The position numbers and the translations under genes are program-made. Shown here in pieces: positions 9,865 through 18,600 of a stretch of 64,000 bases of DNA. The stretch's first letter is position 1. Each line of letters opens with the position of its first letter. Source of the stretch: an archaeon (GTDB lineage Archaea; Nanobdellota; Nanobdellia; Woesearchaeales; GW2011-AR15); the NCBI GenBank assembly GCA_043826135.1, contig JBDRQT010000059.1:31359-95358 (forward strand), read 5' to 3'. The notes under the pieces were generated by a model, which worked only from the letters and a program-made list of their open reading frames with translations, did not search any database and was not told where the DNA came from.

Positions 9865-10955
9865 TTTTGAGCTCTTTTGTACATTTCTATGTACTCATCT
9901 GCTGATTTTTTGATGTCATGATTTTTGCGTACAAATTTCTGCGCTTCCTCGCCCAGCATTTGTCTCAATTCTCTATTCTTTTCTAATTCCTTTATTCCTG
10001 CCGCCAGCTCATCTGCAGTAGAAAAGATTAGTCCATTCTTACCATGCTTCACAATCTCTCTGTGATTCGGATTGTCAAAACAGATCACAGGCATCCTGCA
10101 TGCCATTGCCTCAAGTAAAGAATTGGGGCTGCTTTCCCTTATGCTTGGAAAGACATATACATCGCAGCAATTTAGATAATCTTTGACCTTTTCCATATGC
10201 ACCTCTCCTGTGCAGATAACTTTAGCCATAACATCTTTGTATTCCTCCTTCAGCCAGGAAAAATATGAATCTCCATGATGCTCTTCATTCCAATTACCCA
10301 CCAGGACGAGCTTGTTCTTTACCTTGCGCAAACTTTCAAGTATGATGTGGATATTTTTTCCGGCAATGATTTTTCCTGTATAGAGAAGCAAAAATTCATC
10401 CACTGGAAGGCCCAATCTTTTCCTCAACAATTTTGAGTCAGAATTTGACCGGAATTCGCCAATCTCATAACCATTCCTTATGACAGATGGCCTATAAAAG
10501 GATAGTTCTTGCCTCAGTTTTTCACTATTTACAGTAAAACCTGATGAAAACAAGGCCGGAGCAAAGAGTATGTTTGCAAAAGGTGCTGCCAATTTGAAGA
10601 TAAACTGTTCACGATTGGAAAAATCACCTTTGGCTGACTGGCCTATCCTATAGAAGAAGGGTCTTTTCCCGGACAGGAATATAGTCGGCAGAGCATAATA
10701 TGGATCAAGACATTGAACAACATCGAATTTCTCCTTCATGCTTAGTAATTTCTTTAACATATCCAGGGCACCCATAGGAAACCGCAAAGGTCCTGCATAA
10801 ATCGTTTCGCATGGTTCATCTATGATGTCAGAATTATAACTTAATGTAAGGAGCTTAACTTCATGATTTTTTGATATCTCTTTAATGAGCCTGATAGCCT
10901 GGGTTGCCTGACCTCCCCCTTTGCCAAGATGGGCGATGACAAAAAGAATCTTCAT
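9861..10955 (-). CDS. glycosyltransferase family 4 (GT-B fold)
   Basis: 364 aa; C-terminal EX7E-type motif VFPSIRESSPNSLLEAMACRMPVICFD...GKNGLIF. Confidence 0.8.
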   Translation of the reverse strand: MKILFVIAHLGKGGGQATQAIRLIKEISKNHEVKLLTLSYNSDIIDEPCETIYAGPLRFPMGALDMLKKLLSMKEKFDVVQCLDPYYALPTIFLSGKRPFFYRIGQSAKGDFSNREQFIFKLAAPFANILFAPALFSSGFTVNSEKLRQELSFYRPSVIRNGYEIGEFRSNSDSKLLRKRLGLPVDEFLLLYTGKIIAGKNIHIILESLRKVKNKLVLVGNWNEEHHGDSYFSWLKEEYKDVMAKVICTGEVHMEKVKDYLNCCDVYVFPSIRESSPNSLLEAMACRMPVICFDNPNHREIVKHGKNGLIFSTADELAAGIKELEKNRELRQMLGEEAQKFVRKNHDIKKSADEYIEMYKRAQK

Positions 10956-11953
10956 TATTCCGCCTCCATGCTGCTCACAACCTGGGAAACAGTCATTGGC
11001 TGATAATTTAACTTTACAAGATGTTTCAGCAGTTCTTCAATCTTGGAAAAATACGATAAATTGTGTTTTCCAGATTTGGTATCCAGTATCTCACAAGGAT
11101 GAAAGTATCCGACTAGTAAAGTATCCTTATTCGTAGGGGATGTTACAATTTTTAGTGCTCCATTAATATTCCATGATGAAGAGATCACAAAATTAGAATG
11201 CATAGTGCAGCCCATCTTTTCAAGCATTTTTCCTGCAACTGGAAGCAATGAGTTCCTAATGGATTGAGGGATTATATTTGCAATTTTCGTGACCTTATTG
11301 TTGTATATAAACCCTTTTTTCCCATTTGTGCTGACAGGTATCTCTACTATATTCATATCTCCTTTTTGTTTATAATCTGCAGCAGACGGATGGTAAGGCA
11401 CCCTGGGACATTCTCTCCAATCAATTATGTTATCCCTCTTATTATAGAAACCTTCAGAATAGTAATCCGGCACTGCAGAACAATCATATTTAATTCCTTC
11501 TTTTTGGAGCGACGCCATTATTGCATTACTCATTGCGTTCCATCCCATCCGTGAAGATTTTGGGAGAAAACCCATCTTCTTCTTGAACAATGCGATCGAT
11601 TCTCGGATTATTCTTGCTTCTTCCACAGGATCAGTTGTCTGCCCCCATACATTATTATGAAATTTTAAGGTATGGATATGAATCCCTATCTCATGATCCT
11701 TAAGTTTTGGAACAAAGGGCTTAAATTCATCCAGTGCTGCTCCGTTTATGCATTTATCAGCACGAAAGAACCAGGTAACAGAAAAATTATATTTTTTGAA
11801 TAATGCGAGCAATTCATCCCAATAATTTATCCATTCAAACCTCGGAAAAACAATTTTTTTATCATAATCCGTCCCATATTTCTCCCATCCAGGTACATAA
11901 TTCGGATGACTGTCTTCTGTATCTGCCAGAAGGCAAACATAAAGTTTAGGCAT
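10955..11953 (-). CDS. polysaccharide deacetylase-like (CE4-like beta/alpha-barrel) protein
   Basis: 332 aa; LLADTEDSH (Asp motif), VTWFFRAD, EIGIHIHT (His-x-His metal motif), SSRMGWN; pattern resembles CE4/NodB-like deacetylases but is divergent. Confidence 0.45.
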   Translation of the reverse strand: MPKLYVCLLADTEDSHPNYVPGWEKYGTDYDKKIVFPRFEWINYWDELLALFKKYNFSVTWFFRADKCINGAALDEFKPFVPKLKDHEIGIHIHTLKFHNNVWGQTTDPVEEARIIRESIALFKKKMGFLPKSSRMGWNAMSNAIMASLQKEGIKYDCSAVPDYYSEGFYNKRDNIIDWRECPRVPYHPSAADYKQKGDMNIVEIPVSTNGKKGFIYNNKVTKIANIIPQSIRNSLLPVAGKMLEKMGCTMHSNFVISSSWNINGALKIVTSPTNKDTLLVGYFHPCEILDTKSGKHNLSYFSKIEELLKHLVKLNYQPMTVSQVVSSMEAE

Positions 11954-13139
11954 TCATTTCACCTGACATATTATAATACATATCCCTTGTCAAGAGAGTC
12001 ATAGTGCTTGAGGTGAACTTTGTTTCTACGGTGTCGCGGGCATTGATTCCGATTTTCCTGAGCAGCGATTTATCAGCCAGAAGCTTATTTAATTTCTTGG
12101 CTAGATCTGCTGAATTGTGGCTTGAGAAAAGTAAACCATTTTTACCGTCCTCGATAATTTCTGGGATGCCTCCCACATCCGATGCAACAGGAGCGAGGCC
12201 ACATGACATAGCTTCCAGCAGAGTCATTGGAAAACTTTCTATAAAGCTTGGCAGCACAAATATATCGCATTTCTGGTATAGGTAATGCATATCCTGATAG
12301 TCGACATAGCCAAGAAATAAGATTTTGTCTTCGATACCACGCAGATGACTATACCATTTTTTGAAATTTCCCTGGCCAGCAAATATGAAATGTACATCAA
12401 ATTCTTTCAGTACTAATTTAGCTGCTTCAATTAGGGTCTTAATGCCTTTCATATAAAGAAGCCTTCCGCAAAAGATGATTTTTGGAGTTCTAATATTATC
12501 CAGGAATTTGAATTTGCTGTTCTCACCAGGGCAAAAACGGCCGGTATCAATCCCATTGTTGATGACCTCCAGCTTTTTTCTTGTGGGAATGAATCTTCTC
12601 ACATAATCAGAGACACAGATGAATCCATCGCTACCCTTCACATATCTGTTCTGCAATAATTTTATTCCCGGATACGCAGCCATGCTAAGAAACTCAACAG
12701 GTTCTCCTTTCAAAAGAAATTCTGCAAAATTAGGCTTATAGTCAAATTGAGAATCAATTGTAGTATGAACAGTTACAAGAGTAGGTATGCTTAGCTTTTT
12801 TAACCTAAGCAGCACGTCTGGCATATGCACAAGCCCTGTAGAATGCACGATATCAAAATTGAATTTTTTATGCAATTTTTCAAATTGCGAAAATAACTCA
12901 AGCTGAAATCTCAAATTGTAAAAAAAGGAGTCAGATGCAGTTGATATATTGTGGATTTTGACTTTGCCATCAAACAAACTTTCTAGTGCTTGTTTATCAT
13001 ATCCAAGTCCTCTTTTTGGTGTGATTACGTGAACTTCAATATCTTGATATTTGGATAGGCCTTTGGCAAGATTATATGCATATGTCCCCGCTCCACCCCA
13101 CGCCGGAATGAATTCAGGTGCAATCAAAGCAACCCTCAT
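11946..13139 (-). CDS. glycosyltransferase family 4 (GT-B fold), first gene of operon
   Basis: 397 aa; MRVALIAPEFIPAWGGAGTYAYNLAKGL N-terminus and VLPSFIESFPMTLLEAMSCGLAPVASDVGGIPEIIEDGKNGLLF C-terminal motif. Confidence 0.85.
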   Translation of the reverse strand: MRVALIAPEFIPAWGGAGTYAYNLAKGLSKYQDIEVHVITPKRGLGYDKQALESLFDGKVKIHNISTASDSFFYNLRFQLELFSQFEKLHKKFNFDIVHSTGLVHMPDVLLRLKKLSIPTLVTVHTTIDSQFDYKPNFAEFLLKGEPVEFLSMAAYPGIKLLQNRYVKGSDGFICVSDYVRRFIPTRKKLEVINNGIDTGRFCPGENSKFKFLDNIRTPKIIFCGRLLYMKGIKTLIEAAKLVLKEFDVHFIFAGQGNFKKWYSHLRGIEDKILFLGYVDYQDMHYLYQKCDIFVLPSFIESFPMTLLEAMSCGLAPVASDVGGIPEIIEDGKNGLLFSSHNSADLAKKLNKLLADKSLLRKIGINARDTVETKFTSSTMTLLTRDMYYNMSGEMNA

Positions 13140-13280
13140 CTTAGTTGGAAGAATTAATTAATTTATAAAGCTAGAGTTAATTTATAAATTTGATAGTAGT
13201 AACAATATTTAGATATAAATTTTTTGTTAATTTTGGTGTATTAACATACTTTTATTAAATAAATTAATCTTCCTGTTCAG

Positions 13281-13541
13281 ATGAAAAATGATATCAGACA
13301 TACAATATATAATTCAGATGCAATTCACGCACTTTGTGTCTTCGGGGCTTTCGGGGTTCTTGGTGTACTTATTGACCTTGATCATTTTCCGGGTCTCATT
13401 TGGAAGAATATTTCCATTAATACCCAAAATCTCCTCACTTACGCTGGAAGACCGCTTCATATACCTCTTCTCATTTTCTTTGGGCTGCTTTGCATCTATT
13501 CTGGTGCATCTCTATATAGATTACATCCTCGTTCACTTTGA
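13281..13541 (+). CDS. small membrane protein (uncertain)
   Basis: 86-aa ORF with two hydrophobic segments and a DLDH motif; an alternative-frame 91-aa ORF (13288..13563) overlaps it, so the frame choice is uncertain. Confidence 0.3.
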   Translation: MKNDIRHTIYNSDAIHALCVFGAFGVLGVLIDLDHFPGLIWKNISINTQNLLTYAGRPLHIPLLIFFGLLCIYSGASLYRLHPRSL

Positions 13542-13679
13542 TTGGTGGATATTTGGGCACTGATATTAAATATTACTAAGTCTTATCTATTGACTATTTT
13601 AAAGTGGTATCATATAAGTAGCTTTAAATATAAGGTTTTTCTACTGTAAAGGAAGTACATAATTAGAACTGATGCAAAA

Positions 13680-15653
13680 ATGAATCATTATGTAGCAAAG
13701 ACAATTGGAATTCTTCAAAAATTACCTATTTATGGTCTCATGGCAAGGAATGCTATTTTTGATGCAGATAGCAAAATATCTCACGCTGTTAGTAATGCTC
13801 CAACAAGATTGCATGATTTTTATCAACCTATTGTGCCTGATTACATACACATGGATATTTTGCAGCTTAAGGCACAAGTTATGAGTGCATTTAATGCAGC
13901 AAATGCAGCTGACCTTCTTTATGGAGCAGAAAAAGTGGACCAAAAAGAAGCCTTGATGGCTTTGCTTGGACCCGGAACCCATTTGGAAAAACTACCGCAA
14001 TTGTTCAAACGGGATGAAAAAAAGGAATCTGCTCCCTATTCGCCAAGATTATCGCTATCCGGCAATGTTGGTGACTGGTACAAGGAAGCTAGAGAAAAGC
14101 TGACAGAGAGTGGCTATCAGTTGTTTGTAGATGCAATGCTTAATCAGACTGATGGTGCAGTAATAAGACATTCAGGACATTATTATCAAGCTACAAATAG
14201 AGGTATAAAAGAAGTAAAGGCTGAAACTGCAGAAAACACCCATCGTGAAACAAATTGGTATAGGGTTATTATGACAGCACTTGGACCGGGCATATTTGCA
14301 TGTGTGGTTCCTGGACTGGCAGCAATTGCAAACGCTCCTACGCCAACTTACACGCCGCCGCCAACACAACCAGCAAATATGCCTGCTGTGTTTGTTCAAG
14401 CTCAAAGTACCCCACTTGCCACACCAACAATTATCGTACCGACAGCCACTCAACTTCCAATTTATACATTGAATACAAGTCATGCAGTTGCCATGTTTAC
14501 TAATACCTCTCCGCAATGGACAGGTTTTACAAATGCTGACATAGCAAGACTAGTAAATAATCCGGAAGTTTGCTTCAAAGGATACCAAGTTCCGGGAATG
14601 GGAGACGGCACATCTGCTAATTTCTTTATTGCTAATGGAACTTCAGGAATTTTGTTAGAACAAATAAATGCAGCCCTAAGCGTTTCTGGAAGAGCCCCTG
14701 TTTCATTAGACTCATTAACTGTAGCCTTCGACACAACTTGTGTTGTCCCAGGAAATCCAGGCATGGTTCACCCAAGATGGACAGTTAATAGTGAAAATGC
14801 CGCTGTATTGGTTGCAATAGTTGATAATCTCGGAAAGCTGAATCCAAATATGGGATGGGCAGAAGTTTACAGAGCCCAGCAAGGGAGAAATGAAGGCAAA
14901 TCCTATGCCGGCAATTACATACCTGTCACAGATCCAAATGGGACAATACAATGGGTAGAAGTAGATATGCTATCCAGAATGCTCCAAAATCCTAATGGCC
15001 CGGGCCTAGGAAGAGCTGACACGTGGATATTATTCCAACATGATCCTAATGTTGCTATTCAACCAGATTTTATGAACAATCCTTCTGCAGTTCCGGAAAG
15101 CTTTGCCGATATGTATCTAAGGGCATTATTTGATGCTTCGACAATTGCAAGGATCAAAGCTGGTAATTTAGCAGGAATTGACTTTAATGATATGCTGCTA
15201 AAAATGTCTGAAGGTATTGACATCGGATTTACACCTCAGATGGATCTTGATCTGGCAGGGATACTTGATTATGCAAATGCTCATCACTCAATTGCCACTA
15301 CTCAGAACGGAATTGCATTTTTTGATGGTTCTGCATTTGGAATCCGGAGGCTTGCTCCTTTCCAGAATGCAGCAATAAACTGCTGGCCTTTTGAGGGACC
15401 ATGGCAAAAAGATGGCAAATATCCAGAAACCCCTCCAGGTTATCATCCTGTACAAGATAGTGTGAATCAACCATGGGTAGCTGATGCTGCAGATAAAGCC
15501 AATGGAGCAGACCCTGCAAACAGGGGTAGGATTGTTGCCTGTATGGAGTCAACAATAACAGTGACAAGTGAAACAGAAATAACACCTCCAGACAATCCTC
15601 CAAGCGATGATCGCGTGATCGATGATGGAACTGGAACTCCAATAGATCCATGA
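13680..15653 (+). CDS. single-pass membrane protein: N-terminal domain, P/T-rich linker and large C-terminal ectodomain; function unknown
   Basis: 657 aa; hydrophobic helix WYRVIMTALGPGIFACVVPGLAAIANA followed by PTPTYTPPPTQPANMP...TPTIIVPTATQLP linker; no catalytic motif recognised; TATA-like CTTTAAATATAAGG about 50 nt upstream. Confidence 0.6.
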   Translation: MNHYVAKTIGILQKLPIYGLMARNAIFDADSKISHAVSNAPTRLHDFYQPIVPDYIHMDILQLKAQVMSAFNAANAADLLYGAEKVDQKEALMALLGPGTHLEKLPQLFKRDEKKESAPYSPRLSLSGNVGDWYKEAREKLTESGYQLFVDAMLNQTDGAVIRHSGHYYQATNRGIKEVKAETAENTHRETNWYRVIMTALGPGIFACVVPGLAAIANAPTPTYTPPPTQPANMPAVFVQAQSTPLATPTIIVPTATQLPIYTLNTSHAVAMFTNTSPQWTGFTNADIARLVNNPEVCFKGYQVPGMGDGTSANFFIANGTSGILLEQINAALSVSGRAPVSLDSLTVAFDTTCVVPGNPGMVHPRWTVNSENAAVLVAIVDNLGKLNPNMGWAEVYRAQQGRNEGKSYAGNYIPVTDPNGTIQWVEVDMLSRMLQNPNGPGLGRADTWILFQHDPNVAIQPDFMNNPSAVPESFADMYLRALFDASTIARIKAGNLAGIDFNDMLLKMSEGIDIGFTPQMDLDLAGILDYANAHHSIATTQNGIAFFDGSAFGIRRLAPFQNAAINCWPFEGPWQKDGKYPETPPGYHPVQDSVNQPWVADAADKANGADPANRGRIVACMESTITVTSETEITPPDNPPSDDRVIDDGTGTPIDP

Positions 15654-15670
15654 AAACATAAGGTGAAAGA

Positions 15671-18600
15671 ATGAAAAAAACCACTCCACTGCTCATGCTG
15701 TGTTTACTAATCTTAACTTCATTTGCTGCCGCGATGACAGCTACAACCACGTACACATCGGCGACATCATTCAAATCATCATCATATCTATGTGCAGATA
15801 ACTCATGCAATAGTATGACTGCTTATCAGAATAATGGACCTTCAACAAACCATGTGATGAGCTATTCAGCAGCAGCAGCTCCAGTCACTTGGATAGTCTT
15901 CCATTACGACCCTAATAGCTGCGTTGTTCCGCGATTTACACGTGAATATTTTCCTTCCAATATAAACTATGGCAACTTGAATTATCCGTTGACATTTTCA
16001 AAAACAGACAGTAGCATCTGCGGTTCAATGGTTGAAAGCATTTCAAAAAATTCTGCCAATATAATCCAGCCAGGAACATTAGTTACTGTAAATGCCAATT
16101 TGAGAAGCGCATGGGATGAACAGATATCTTGGCTGCAATACATACCATCAGAACTTGACCAATATTACAACTCTAAAGTCAACGTGTTCTATAAGGTCTA
16201 CAAGAATGATGTAAATACGGTTGTGTATCAGAGCACTGAGAGTGTCTTGATCAATTGGAATGAACAATATAATGCTCATTTCAGTTATGCGCCGACTGAG
16301 CCCGGAACTTACATATATGAAATCAGCACAAATATGTTTGATGACTGCAAATGCGCACAGCCAAGCAATGTTAAAAATGCCCAAATAACTGTGACTGTCC
16401 CGCAGCCATACTGCGGCGACTCAATTTGCAACGATGGGAATGACAAGACATGCGAACCAAATGGCGCAACAAAAGACGACATATGCACAAGCAATGTTGA
16501 TTCAGGTGATTTAACAGATGGTATATGCAGAACAACAGGCACAAACCAATGTACATATTGCGGAGATGGTGATTTGCAGACCCCGGAAGAGACATGTGAT
16601 TATAATGTTGATATTGAAAACCCTGATTATGTACCTGGTTGCAGGGACTCAGGAGATTATGCATGCACTTTCTGCGGAGATGGAATAAGACAGTCTATTG
16701 AACAATGCGATTATGCAATTGATTCAAACTGCGACCAGACATGCAACTGGATACCGATTTGCGGAGATTCCATATGCAACGATGGCAATGATAAGACATG
16801 CGAACCTGACGGCGCAACAAAGGATGATATCTGCACAGATAATGTTGATACAGGAGATTTGTCCAATGACGTATGCAGGACAACAGGACCTCATGAGTGC
16901 ACCTATTGCGGTGATGGTGTTAAGCAAACACCTGAAGAAACCTGTGATTATAATGTTGATATTGAAAATCCTGATTATGTACCTGGTTGCAGGGACTCAG
17001 GAGATTATGCATGCACTTTCTGCGGAGACGGGATTGTGCAGCCACCTGAAGAATGTGACTGGCTAAACGACAATGAATGCGACCATACCTGCCATTATAA
17101 TAAGTGCGAGATAGAGCTGATCAAGACTGACAGCCCTGATCCTGTGATAGTAGGCCAGGAACTGGTTTATGGTATAACTGTTGAGAATATTGGGACTGCT
17201 GACTGCACAGGAGGAGGAGTATTGCTTGAAGAGCATTATCCTTCAGAGTTAGAGTTCTTGTTCGCTGATCCGGAATCGATCTCAGATGATAATGTTTGGA
17301 ATTTCGGAACACTCCATCCTGGAGACAGAGAAGTGGTATTCATCCATACAAGGGTAAAAAGCGACACTTCGTGCCCTTCGACCATCCTTAATGAGGCCTG
17401 CGTCTGGGCTGACCAGATACCTGACTGGCAGTGCACAGAAGAATCAACTGATATAATCTGCCCTCCATGCACGGATGAATGCTCATCGGGAGAATTCACT
17501 TGCTCAGGTAGTGACCTATGGGAATGCGGCAATTATGATGATGATTCATGTACGGAATATCATGTGGTTACTGATTGCAATTCAGAGACCATTGGCCAAG
17601 AATATGATATTTGCTCAGGAGATACTCTTGAAACATATCACGATTTAACAACAGGTTTCTGCAACGCAGAGACCGACAGCTGTGACACAGAGACAACAGC
17701 TGTAAAAGTAAGTGACCATAGCTGCTCCGGAGAGACTATCTTGAATACCTATGATGTGTGTGAAAGCGATTCACTTGTAACATATAATACAGTTGAGTCC
17801 GGATTCTGCAATGTTGATGCATGCGATTCATCTACAGATGAAGTAAAAGTGGCAGATCATGATTGTTCAGGTGAGAATATCGTGGGTACGCACAGTGTCT
17901 GTGAAGGAGATAACCTGGCGACCTACAATGATATCGAGACAGGAATATGCAATGTGGATGCTTGCGACGTCACTGCCAGCACAGAAAAAGTGACTGAAGA
18001 GAACTGCTATTATCATACACTAGATACATCGTATAATATATGTGAAGGAAATTCCCTTGCAGAATACCAGAGCGATGAAACTGGTTTCTGCAATGATGAT
18101 GAATTGATATGTGACACGACACAGAACCTGGTGAAGATAGGTGAAACTGATTGCAACTTTGAAGAGACCGGAGATATCAATAAAGTTTGCGAGGACGGAT
18201 ATCTGAATGAATATCAAGATGTTGTTTCAGGCGTCTGCAATATCGATGCATGTGTCTCAGTGAATTCGCAGGTGAAGATCACTGAAGAGAACTGCAATTA
18301 TGTGCATGATGGAGAAACTTATTCTGTCTGCGAAGAAGGAAGCTCAGTTTCGTATAAGGATACAGAAACAGGATTTTGCGATTCCGGGGAATTGGCATGC
18401 GATTCATCCATGACAACGGAAAAGATTGATACTATTGATTGCGAGTCAACATCATGCATAACAACACAATTTTGCAAAAACAATGATGTTTATGAAAATA
18501 CAGACTGCATAGCAAAAGGATGCGATGATCAAACAGGATTATGCTACTCAGAAGATACAGCCGCAGAGGTTCTTGTCGATGACTGTGGCGATGACCTGCA

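Noticed and set aside
13140-13280. Direct repeat TTAATTTATAAA (two copies) upstream of the polysaccharide operon
   Set aside because: It is a low-complexity AT-rich promoter region. The repeats are plausible TATA/BRE-like elements but are indistinguishable from chance in this composition.
13288-13563. 91-aa ORF overlapping the 86-aa ORF 13281..13541 in another frame
   Set aside because: Only one frame can be real at most. Neither has recognisable motifs. The 86-aa frame was kept at low confidence because of a more protein-like composition.
14172-14764. Cys/Trp/Arg-rich ORFs on both strands inside 13680..15653, and similar ones (16148..17532, 18708..19226) inside the giant surface-protein gene
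   Set aside because: They are alternative-frame or antisense readings of long, coherent ORFs. Their odd composition reflects the repetitive TGC/GAT-rich coding strand, and they have no SD or promoter context.
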